A DNA stretch of 64,000 nt from Ignavibacteria bacterium UBA2373. Lineage in GTDB: Bacteria > Bacteroidota > Ignavibacteria > Kapaibacteriales > UBA961. Shown here one piece after another: positions 20,946 to 28,890 of the stretch; position 1 is the stretch's first letter; each line of letters starts with the position of its first letter. The stretch covers positions 66,403-130,402 of the forward strand of contig DDTD01000046.1 in assembly GCA_002344005.1 (NCBI GenBank). The letters are read 5' to 3'. The notes under the pieces were generated by a model that had not been told where the DNA came from, made no database searches, and saw only the letters and a list, made by a program, of their open reading frames with translations. The translations under genes were made by a program, and so were the position numbers.

Positions 20946-21180
20946 TTTTCAGGGAAAGTTGCCAACAATCACCCCCCAGAATCCAAAAATCCACCCCCAG
21001 AAGGTAAAAAACGAGGAAAAGAACAGAACAAGCGAACTAAAGATGAAAACGAGCAAGCGAAAGAAGCAGAAAAACGAGGAAAAGAAGCAGCGCAAACACT
21101 CATGGCAAAAGAGCAGCAATACACAGATATTCAGATGCGTAGAATAGAAGGGAAAAAGAGTAGCGGCGAAGTTTTCTGAT

Positions 21181-21505
21181 TAAATCCCGCAGGGATGGAA
21201 TGTTTATAGAAATAAATACATCCACCCCGTCAGACTGCGTCTGACACCCCTCAATGAGGGGAATTTTTGAAACGCAATAGCGGATAAATCCCGCAGGGAT
21301 GGAATGTTAATAGAAAAGGATGTAAAAAAATATAAAATCCCGCAGGGATGAAAGGTTTATAGAAATAAATACATCCACCCCGTCAGACTGCGTCTGACAC
21401 CGAGCAATGAGAACCCACCCCGTCCTTCGGACACCCCTCCGATGGATGGGATGAAATTCAATAGTTCATAAATCCCAAAGGGATTGAACGTTTATAGAAT
21501 TTGCG
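21181..21505. repeat. Cluster of REP/BIME-like palindromic units (GC-rich mini-hairpins with 3-nt loops) in an AT-rich background
   Basis: Three copies of AAATCCCGCAGGGATGGAATGTTTATAGAA. Two copies of ATCCACCCCGTCAGACTGCGTCTGACACC. CCCCTCAATGAGGGG, GTCCTTCGGAC and AATCCCAAAGGGATT are also present. The same modules recur at 23716-23952. Confidence 0.8.
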
Positions 21506-21530
21506 TTTGATGTGATGGGCGAATTCCCGT

Positions 21531-21563
21531 AAACCTATAAGGTTTTCAAAACCTTATAGGTTT
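21531..21563. promoter_or_regulatory. Perfect 16-bp-arm inverted repeat AAACCTATAAGGTTTT-C-AAAACCTTATAGGTTT (candidate operator site or strong hairpin)
   Basis: Both arms are identical in reverse complement with a 1-nt spacer. The repeat lies ~160 bp upstream of the first toxin cassette. Confidence 0.5.
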
Positions 21564-21719
21564 GGATAAGGAAATCCATCTTTATGACCCGCGCTTGGCG
21601 CAATGACGATTCATTGAGTCAATACTCTCGCATCAGCCAAAAAATGAGTATTTTTGGCAAGGCATCAAAAGCATTGAGCAAAGCCACTCAACCATAAGCG
21701 GGCGAAAAATGTTGATGAG

Positions 21720-22076
21720 ATGGCGGAGGGTAGAAGTTATGTTAATTTAGCTAGTGAATCACGAACAGCTCACATAATTGCAAGTGATGCAACAGGTGGT
21801 GGACATGCATGGTTTGGAAGTTGGAAAAGCTTTTCAAATGGAATTACGGGTCAAAAAACAATGTTTCCGATTACTTGGAGTAAAAATAAAATTATGCATG
21901 CTGCTTCGGATGTTTTAGTAAATAACCCAATTGCAAGGCAAACAGGATCAGCCGGAAGTCTTTTTGAAAGAAGTGGAAGACTATCAAGATTCACAACTTT
22001 TGGGGAATATCAAGGAGTTAAAATAAAAGTAGTTTGGGATAATACAGATATAATTACAGCACTTCCTATAAAATGA
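21720..22076 (+). CDS. Orphan polymorphic-toxin C-terminal domain, bacterial EndoU-like RNase (118 aa, no delivery or N-terminal region)
   Basis: GGGHAW...KTMFPITWSKNKIMHAASDVL...GVKIKVVWDNTDIITALP matches the EndoU_bacteria pattern (GGxH, K..FP..Ws..kI, C-terminal ...iTAyP). An in-frame stop lies 45 nt upstream of the ATG, so the gene is a standalone module. AT-rich. Confidence 0.55.
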   Translation: MAEGRSYVNLASESRTAHIIASDATGGGHAWFGSWKSFSNGITGQKTMFPITWSKNKIMHAASDVLVNNPIARQTGSAGSLFERSGRLSRFTTFGEYQGVKIKVVWDNTDIITALPIK

Positions 22077-22360
22077 ATAAAATGAATAGTAAAAAAGAGA
22101 ATATGATAATTCAATTATTAAAAAATTTACTCTCTAATGCTTTAATGCTTGGAGTTAAAGGGGAATGTAAATTAATAGTTGATGAGTATATCGAATTTAA
22201 TGAATTCGGCTTAGCGTTCGAACACATTGTTTATGAGTTACATGAAAATAATATTCGAATCCCCAATGAACTTTATTTCGACTTTAAAAATGTTGCGGAT
22301 TTGATGGAGCTTAATGAGAATGAATATCAGCCTAGGTTATTAGAATTAATTTTGAAATAA
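22073..22360 (+). CDS. Putative cognate immunity protein (95 aa)
   Basis: Start ATG overlaps the toxin stop (ATGA). Small acidic protein, the typical toxin-immunity arrangement. Confidence 0.5.
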   Translation: MNKMNSKKENMIIQLLKNLLSNALMLGVKGECKLIVDEYIEFNEFGLAFEHIVYELHENNIRIPNELYFDFKNVADLMELNENEYQPRLLELILK

Positions 22361-22473
22361 TCTTATGTAGTTGCCGCTAAGACGATTACGAAACTGTTAA
22401 ACCCTGCTATCAAAATAACTGAGAGCGGTTTAGCACATACATTGGATAGGCATACTTTTAATGGTATTCCAAG

Positions 22474-22698
22474 ATGGCTGATAAGAGTAAGTGTTTTGAT
22501 GCTTCTGAGGTTGAAAGCCTAATTCGGCAGGGAACACAAATGCCAATGAAAAGACAGATTAATGGAAACTTCTCTCGTGTTGTAAATGCAGGAAGAAATA
22601 TTGGCATAGACAGAGCAACAGGGAATCTAACATCAATTTACACAATCATTACTAATGGGCAAGGCAATTTAATTACTGCATTACCAGGTATCCCATAA
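22474..22698 (+). CDS. Second, truncated orphan toxin C-terminal fragment (74 aa), related to the C-terminal half of the first module
   Basis: PMKRQINGNF...TSIYTIITNGQGNLITALPGIP parallels PIARQTGSAG...KIKVVWDNTDIITALPIK of module 1. It lacks the GGGH/K-FP catalytic N-half. A stop lies 15 nt upstream of the ATG. Confidence 0.45.
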   Translation: MADKSKCFDASEVESLIRQGTQMPMKRQINGNFSRVVNAGRNIGIDRATGNLTSIYTIITNGQGNLITALPGIP

Positions 22699-22709
22699 TA
22701 AGAACAAAT

Positions 22710-22994
22710 ATGGCGTGGACAATCATTTTAGAAGATGAAAATAAAGAACCAATAATCACACTAAGCAATGAGCTTGAGATTAAGTTCAATGACGATAAGA
22801 GTAACTTTAAACTACTTTGCTTCTTAGACGCTTATGGCGACACCATTTTTAACCGCTTACAAATGGATGATTTAATCAAGGATTTACAAAATTTAAATTT
22901 GATAGAAGCTAATCCTCTTTTAGATGAGATCAAAATACTTGCAGAACGCTGCAAAAATGGAGAACATACATATTTAGCCTTTTATGGTGACTAA
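22710..22994 (+). CDS. Putative immunity protein of the second cassette (94 aa)
   Basis: Begins 11 nt after toxin fragment 2; small acidic protein with no similarity to immunity protein 1, as expected for polymorphic cassettes. Confidence 0.45.
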   Translation: MAWTIILEDENKEPIITLSNELEIKFNDDKSNFKLLCFLDAYGDTIFNRLQMDDLIKDLQNLNLIEANPLLDEIKILAERCKNGEHTYLAFYGD

Positions 22995-23043
22995 AGACAA
23001 AAGCCCAGAGTAGGTGGCTACCTCCTTCATTCTTTGAAAACTA

Positions 23044-23079
23044 TGAGACATTTCGATTAGCCCCATCCCGATTTCCCGA
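23044..23079. repeat. 36-bp direct repeat TTGAAAACTATGAGACATTTCGATTAGCCCCATCCC (copy 1), followed by imperfect palindrome GCCCCATCCCGATTTCCCGACGGCGAGAAAAAAAGAGGGGC
   Basis: 34/36 identical to 23716-23751. Both copies lie 10-50 nt after the stop of a cassette gene. Confidence 0.8.
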
Positions 23080-23165
23080 CGGCGAGAAAAAAAGAGGGGC
23101 AAAGTTTTGAGGAATGGAACATCAACATCAAACAATGATAGATAACTTTAATATAAGGTGTTTTT

Positions 23166-23705
23166 ATGAAATATGAATTTAGTGACATGGGAATTCCTGT
23201 GAAGTTTACGAAACAGCAAGAAAAATTAATGAAAAAATTTATCATATCTTTTGTAGAAGGCGTATCAGAAATTTGCAAAGAAAAAATAAATCCTTTTATT
23301 AAAAAAAGATACCATTACTATGAAGCTCGCGGATTGTATATAGGAGCGAGTCACTACAGTTATAATTGGCAGATGCTTGATTATTGTGATTTTAGAAACG
23401 CTAATTTAGCTAATGAATATGATTATGTTGGTACTGAAGGTCCATGTTTAGCATTTTCATTTTGTATTCAAGACGATAAAGAACGTTTCTCGAAAATTCC
23501 AATAGTTGCGACAGTGTTTCTTTGTAAGGTTGAGATATTGTTAGATTATAAAGATTTAGAATATTCATTTACGGTAGATTTTAGAGATGAACATAAGCTT
23601 GAAGAAGTTTTCGAAAAAGAGTTGCAAAATATTTTTGAATTTATCAGTGATTCTGTTGATAATATAATCTACGATATAAACAATAATTGGAAAATAGAAG
23701 AGTGA
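23166..23705 (+). CDS. Hypothetical cassette protein (179 aa), possible orphan immunity protein
   Basis: AT-rich ORF flanked exactly by the two 36-bp direct repeats; no recognisable catalytic motif. Confidence 0.4.
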   Translation: MKYEFSDMGIPVKFTKQQEKLMKKFIISFVEGVSEICKEKINPFIKKRYHYYEARGLYIGASHYSYNWQMLDYCDFRNANLANEYDYVGTEGPCLAFSFCIQDDKERFSKIPIVATVFLCKVEILLDYKDLEYSFTVDFRDEHKLEEVFEKELQNIFEFISDSVDNIIYDINNNWKIEE

Positions 23706-23715
23706 GAAGTAAAAG

Positions 23716-23952
23716 TTGAAAACTATGAGGCATTTCGGTTAGCCCCATCCCTCAATGAGAACCCACCCCGTCCTGCGGACACCCCTCCGATGGATGGTAT
23801 GAAATTCATTGCGTCACGGAATCCCGAAGGGATTGAACGTTTATAGAATTTGTGAAAAATCATCCACCCCGTCAGACTGCGTCTGCCACCCCTCAATGAG
23901 GGGAATTTTGAAATTCATTGCGTCATGGAATCGCAAAAGGATGGAATGATAA
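23716..23952. repeat. Second REP/BIME-like hairpin cluster (direct-repeat copy 2 plus the same hairpin modules as 21181-21505)
   Basis: Contains GAGAACCCACCCCGTCCTGCGGACACCCCTCCGATGGATGG, AATCCCGAAGGGATTGAACGTTTATAGAATTTG, ATCCACCCCGTCAGACTGCGTCTGCCACCCCTCAATGAGGGG and GGAATCGCAAAAGGATGGAATG. All match units in the upstream cluster. Confidence 0.8.
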
Positions 23953-23975
23953 TAGAAAAAACAATCCGATAAGTC

Positions 23976-25037
23976 TTACCGTCCGGTGAGTGTTTGTGCC
24001 ACATGGGTTAATAAAGGCACTAAGCGCGGATAATTCATACGTCGTGGTCCGATAATGCCGAGAGAGCCCTTGGCATCGCCGAATTTATAATGCGATACAA
24101 TAACGCTATAATCATTGAGCAATTCCGATCCCATTTCGGAGCCAATCATCACAAAAGGTTTATTATCGCCTGTGTCTTGTCTGTCAAGGATATGAACAAT
24201 TAAATCTTCATTTTCTATGAGTTCTATGACACCTTTTATTCTGTCACGTGACTCAAATTCGGGATATTCGAGCAGATTTTGCGTGCCGGCAATATGCACT
24301 GCCTCATCGGGTGAAGTATAATCAGCAAATAATGTTTCCACCGAGTCAATAAATAATCGCAAATAGGCATTGACTTCGGCGGGTAAACGGTCACGAATAA
24401 TTACCGTAAAATTATCACGGAGAAAAGAAACAGGTCTGCCGCTGATTTTTTCATTGAGCAATCGCGCAATTTCATCTAATGCCTGATAATCAATTTCAAA
24501 ATTAGCTTCGAGAGTGACTGTGCGGACAATATCGGATTGCAATTCGACCACAACGAGTAAGCGCGTGGAGGAAAGAGCAATCAAACGCAGACGTTGTAAT
24601 ATGACATCCGATAAATTGGGTAAAACCACAATGCCAAGATAATGTGATAAAGAGCTGAGTATTTTCGAGGCATCGCGCAAGACATGTTCCCGCGAGGAAT
24701 TCTGAAGATTCTCTTGGACAAATGTGGCAATTTGATTTGTGACATGCTCTGTTTTCATAAGCGAATCCACATAGAGCCGATAGCCCTTATCGGTGGGGAT
24801 ACGCCCTGCGGATGTGTGAGGATGGGCAATAAATCCCATATCTTCCAAATCACTCATAATATTGCGTATGGTGGCGGGACTGAGCTTATAATGCTCTTCC
24901 AGATATTTTGATAAAAAGCGCGAGCCGATTGGTTCAGCCGACAAAATATACATTTGTATAATTGCCCGCAAAATATCCTTTTCCCTTTCGGTTAATTCCC
25001 TGTCACGGTGATGATATGGAAGAAAATCTGCTTTCAT
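23976..25037 (-). CDS. hrcA: Heat-inducible transcriptional repressor HrcA
   Basis: N-terminal winged-helix region ELTEREKDILRAIIQMYILSAEPIGSRFLSK and the HrcA C-terminal domain pattern; 353 aa. Confidence 0.85.
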   Translation of the reverse strand: MKADFLPYHHRDRELTEREKDILRAIIQMYILSAEPIGSRFLSKYLEEHYKLSPATIRNIMSDLEDMGFIAHPHTSAGRIPTDKGYRLYVDSLMKTEHVTNQIATFVQENLQNSSREHVLRDASKILSSLSHYLGIVVLPNLSDVILQRLRLIALSSTRLLVVVELQSDIVRTVTLEANFEIDYQALDEIARLLNEKISGRPVSFLRDNFTVIIRDRLPAEVNAYLRLFIDSVETLFADYTSPDEAVHIAGTQNLLEYPEFESRDRIKGVIELIENEDLIVHILDRQDTGDNKPFVMIGSEMGSELLNDYSVIVSHYKFGDAKGSLGIIGPRRMNYPRLVPLLTHVAQTLTGR

Positions 25038-25067
25038 ACTTAGTCTTTTACATACTTCGTTGAGTGA

Positions 25068-26369
25068 TTATTGTTTAATTTCCCAATAAAGATTTGCGCG
25101 TAATTCTTTTATCCATTCTTCAAACATACGAGATTGTTTGAAGTTTACTGCCATTTTTTCAATTTGTTTATCATCCGTTTCTAAGGTGAACTTGTGTTCT
25201 GCGATAGTTCTTTTTTTCCAAACAATATGAAATGCCGGCTTTGTTGGGTCGGAAGCATACGGTAACGGATCTGTCACTCCTCCATCGGGTAAGCCATCAA
25301 GAACAGATTTTAGATCCGCGCCAAGGCGAGAAGCATCCATTGACCCCATTGCACCGCCAAATCCTTGGGTTTCTTTTTCTTCGGAATAACGACGCGCCAT
25401 TTCATCGAAAGGAGCACCGGCAACAATTTTTTGTTTCAATGCAAGCAAAGTATCTTTCACACGCTGATTATCATCATTAGAGCCGCCAAGTTTAAAAAGA
25501 ATATGGCGGGTATTGCAAGCGTTCATGCGTTTATCATTTAATTGAATAACATGATAGCCAAAGGGCGATTCCACCGGCATAGAAATCTCACCGGGCTGCA
25601 AAGAATATGCTGCTTTTTCATATTCGGCAACAAATTTTCCTTTTTCTACCCATCCCACTTCTCCGCCCATTACGGCAGACGCAGCATCGGCACTGTAGCG
25701 TTTAGCAAAATCGGCAAAATCACCGCCTTTGACAATAGAATCACGGATTTTAATAGCTTTTTGACGAATTTCTTCGCGAATTTCTGCCGATGGTTTGACA
25801 TAAATAACTATATGGGATAATTCCAACTGTGCAGGCGCAACAGGTAATGAATCTTTATAGCGTTGATAAAATTCTTCTACTTCACGCGGAGTACATTTGA
25901 CAGCGAAGAATTTTTGTTGTTGCAAACGTTCCGCCATCATTTGTTTACGCATATCATCACGGAAATTACGTTTTAATCTGTCAATAGACATACCGTAAAG
26001 GTCTTCAACACGACGTTCACTGCCATATTGTTGTATAAGATTCTGTATGGTATAATCCAAACGTTGATTTACTTCTTCGGGCGCGACTTCCACACTGTCT
26101 TCAATGGCTTTGGTAATAATAAGTTTTTCATTAACCAAATCATTTAATATTTGTTTTTTGAACTGCGGATTATTAGGATCGAGTTTTTTTTGCTGTGCAA
26201 ACATAGCAGCGCGCCCTTCCACATCGGAGGCAAACACAACTTCTTTTCCGACAATGGCAACAATTTTATCTAATTGCTTTGTGTCCGACATTTGGGCGTA
26301 CATGGTCAAATAAGGGAAAAAAAGTAATCCGATTATTGTCGTAACAATGAGCATTAATCCGTTTTTCAT
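25068..26369 (-). CDS. SurA-like periplasmic chaperone / PpiC-type peptidyl-prolyl isomerase
   Basis: Signal peptide, SurA N-domain-like helices and a parvulin domain (GGEVGWVEKGKFVAEYEKAAYSLQPGEISMPVESPFGYHVIQL). Confidence 0.75.
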   Translation of the reverse strand: MKNGLMLIVTTIIGLLFFPYLTMYAQMSDTKQLDKIVAIVGKEVVFASDVEGRAAMFAQQKKLDPNNPQFKKQILNDLVNEKLIITKAIEDSVEVAPEEVNQRLDYTIQNLIQQYGSERRVEDLYGMSIDRLKRNFRDDMRKQMMAERLQQQKFFAVKCTPREVEEFYQRYKDSLPVAPAQLELSHIVIYVKPSAEIREEIRQKAIKIRDSIVKGGDFADFAKRYSADAASAVMGGEVGWVEKGKFVAEYEKAAYSLQPGEISMPVESPFGYHVIQLNDKRMNACNTRHILFKLGGSNDDNQRVKDTLLALKQKIVAGAPFDEMARRYSEEKETQGFGGAMGSMDASRLGADLKSVLDGLPDGGVTDPLPYASDPTKPAFHIVWKKRTIAEHKFTLETDDKQIEKMAVNFKQSRMFEEWIKELRANLYWEIKQ

Positions 26370-26470
26370 AATCCAAAGAATAGTATTGAGGTGATGAAGT
26401 GGCTTTGTAATAATTCAATCCGGTGCATACTTGATTGAATGAATACACACCGGATGATTATTGATTTCGA

Positions 26471-28522
26471 TTATTTTTTGATAAGGAGTTTATCTATATT
26501 TTTCTGATTCAAAGCAACTTTGAATTTATTTTTTAGGCGTTTTATCCATTCTTCGGTCAAACGTTTTTGGGTCATATCCTGAAAAGCCGGTGCAAAATCG
26601 GGTATGGCTTCTTGGAATGTTTTGACACGCGGCTGCTGAATATCATTCACACTGACAATAACCCATCCTTTATCATGTGCCAATGGACCGAATGTAGTGC
26701 CGCTTTTTTGAGGATTAAATTGTTCTAAAATTGCTTTTGCCAATTTATTTGTTTTTGTTGAAACAAGCCCAAGAGCGCCTTTTTTCTCTTTTAAAGTACG
26801 ACGTTCTGTAAATTCTTTGGCTAAATCACCAATTACTTCGCCTGCATCAATGCGTTTGCGTAATGATTTTGCAAGAGAATCATTGGTTGTATAAATTTCT
26901 GTCATATCGTACGATAAATCGGTATTATAGGAATTTTTCTTTGGCTCCCAGAATTGACGTGCCTGCGTGGAATCAAATTTCAATTTACTCCACACTTCAT
27001 TTTCTTCGACTTTGAATAACATAATACCATCACGAAATTCTTTCATCAGAATAGCAAAATCAGCATATTCATTTTCAAGTCCCGAAGTCATTTTTTCAAT
27101 TACCGGCTGATCGAACATTTTATAAATTGCATTTTTAATACCGGCAGTATTGAGGAATGTTCCGCGTAAATCTTTACGAGAGCGCAAAGAATCAGCAATT
27201 GCTCCAACAGAATATTTCACAGAAGGCGTAGTATAAAGCGGTAAAGCACGCAATGCAGTACCTACATTTTTTAACCATGTTGTGTCACTTGCTGTTTTTG
27301 TTGTATCAATAGTGCGCAATAATGAAGAAAAGCTCTGTGTATTTAACACATAACCAAATGCTTTGCGAACAGAATCAAGATGACGCTCTTTGTCTGCTTG
27401 GAAAAATAAACGTTTATATTCTTTTTTGACAAAATCTCTTTCTTTTTCGACATCAGGAATGATGGTGGAATCGCGTCGAATAATGTGACAACCGAAATCT
27501 GTCCATACTTTATCGGAGAAAGTACCGTCTTTAAGAGCGAAAAGTGCACGTTCAAATTCGGGGACAACCGTTTCGCGAATACTTTCCAATCCCTCGGAAC
27601 GTGTATAATACGCTCCCATATATCCGCCTTTTTGTGCAGTGGAGGGATCATTGGAATTTTCTTTTGCCAATTGTTCGAAGGAAGCACCTTTTTTCAATAA
27701 TGCAAGCACACTATCGGCTTTTTGGGATGCTGTGACAGAATCCATTTTACCGTTCGTACTGAAAAGAATATGGCTTGCACGCACTTTAAGCCGCGGTTCA
27801 TTTTTCACTAATTTCACCACAAAATACCCAACACGGGTTCTTACAAGAGAGGGATACAATTCACCAATTTTGGAACTGTATGCGGCATCTTCAACCTCAC
27901 GCAGTACACGTGCGCTTGTGAAGAATGGCAACATACCGCCTTTACGACCGGTTTCTGTATCTTCCGATGAATCCTTAGCCACTTGGGCAAAATCACGACC
28001 ATTTTTAACAAGGTTGAAACAATTCTTAGCACGATTGTATGCACGAATGGTATCGCCTTTATCGTTTTTCTGGAACAAAAAGACCATAATTTGAGCTTGG
28101 AGTTCACGCTTGCGACGCTCTAACAACATACCCACTGTAGGGTCAACAACTTTTTTATCGAAGTAATATGTTTCACTCAACATACGACGATTATTGCCAA
28201 TGTCGGTTTTTACAGCACTGTCTTGATCGAATTTACGGTCAAATGCATCCTGTACCTTAAGGCGATAACGCGTATATAACTCTATAAAATCCATCACACT
28301 ATCACGTGGAATCTCTGCAAAACGTGTGGCACGACGTGACATGTTTTTCTGGAAAGCTCTCTCAAGTTCTCCATAGGTGATATTCTCTTTACCGACTGCG
28401 ACGAGAACAATATCGGCATCCGATGTTTTAACTTTTTTGCCGGCTTTCTGTGCTTTGGTGAGCGGTGCAGACATAGCCGATAAAGCCATCAATGCTGCCG
28501 TCAGACATACAAATGTCTTCAT
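26471..28522 (-). CDS. PpiC/PpiD-type peptidyl-prolyl cis-trans isomerase with two parvulin-like domains
   Basis: Signal peptide. Parvulin signatures (ASHILF..., GGYMGAYYTRSEGLE; second domain KKGALGLV...GWVIVSV). 683 aa, SurA/PpiD-like architecture. Confidence 0.7.
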   Translation of the reverse strand: MKTFVCLTAALMALSAMSAPLTKAQKAGKKVKTSDADIVLVAVGKENITYGELERAFQKNMSRRATRFAEIPRDSVMDFIELYTRYRLKVQDAFDRKFDQDSAVKTDIGNNRRMLSETYYFDKKVVDPTVGMLLERRKRELQAQIMVFLFQKNDKGDTIRAYNRAKNCFNLVKNGRDFAQVAKDSSEDTETGRKGGMLPFFTSARVLREVEDAAYSSKIGELYPSLVRTRVGYFVVKLVKNEPRLKVRASHILFSTNGKMDSVTASQKADSVLALLKKGASFEQLAKENSNDPSTAQKGGYMGAYYTRSEGLESIRETVVPEFERALFALKDGTFSDKVWTDFGCHIIRRDSTIIPDVEKERDFVKKEYKRLFFQADKERHLDSVRKAFGYVLNTQSFSSLLRTIDTTKTASDTTWLKNVGTALRALPLYTTPSVKYSVGAIADSLRSRKDLRGTFLNTAGIKNAIYKMFDQPVIEKMTSGLENEYADFAILMKEFRDGIMLFKVEENEVWSKLKFDSTQARQFWEPKKNSYNTDLSYDMTEIYTTNDSLAKSLRKRIDAGEVIGDLAKEFTERRTLKEKKGALGLVSTKTNKLAKAILEQFNPQKSGTTFGPLAHDKGWVIVSVNDIQQPRVKTFQEAIPDFAPAFQDMTQKRLTEEWIKRLKNKFKVALNQKNIDKLLIKK

Positions 28523-28781
28523 TCCCTACAACTCCAATTAATTAAACATACATAGTTATTTGCTCAACATGAAAAACCTCACGTGCGGTCATAAAACAAC
28601 CCGTGAGATAATTTTAAGAATACAAAAATCCGAAAACGGACTCACATATTCAACGAAATGTTGCTTAAAGACGAGATTTTAGTGTATTTATGACTGAATC
28701 AATGCTAAAAACAGACTCTATGGCTTATCATAATGCTGTAGTTAGAGCTTCATTGGACGCAATCATACCTACAAAATAAAA

Positions 28782-28812
28782 GAATCCATAATCTACATGA
28801 CTATGGATTCCC
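28782..28812 (-). terminator. Candidate terminator hairpin downstream of flgE
   Basis: Stem GAATCCATA / TATGGATTC preceded on the plus strand by AAAATAAAA (a T-rich run on the minus strand). Confidence 0.35.
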
Positions 28813-28890
28813 CTAATATGTGCATATGAACTATGCGGTGTATGTATCGGTGGTAGTTTGTAGTACCACATAGCTCATACTATGGTTCTA

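Noticed and set aside
20264-21007. 247-aa plus-strand ORF (FYARRIN/SRWSLAA heptads) and the overlapping 132-aa and 140-aa plus ORFs and 116-aa and 79-aa minus ORFs called as individual genes
   Set aside because: All are automatic consequences of stop-free 21-bp tandem repeats. They mutually overlap in different frames and strands, so no single one can be asserted as a gene. They are reported as repeat arrays with the coding question left open.
21181-23952. Integron attC sites / CALIN interpretation of the hairpin clusters
   Set aside because: No paired RYYYAAC...GTTRRRY core sites could be identified, and there is no intI. The modular multi-hairpin structure fits REP/BIME-like elements better. 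Cassette-like logic is noted in the findings only as an analogy.
28523-28890. CIRCE / heat-shock operator upstream of the PPIase-hrcA genes
   Set aside because: The region was inspected for TTAGCACTC-N9-GAGTGCTAA and none was found. Only a generic hairpin (GAATCCATA...TATGGATTC) is present, interpreted as the flgE terminator.
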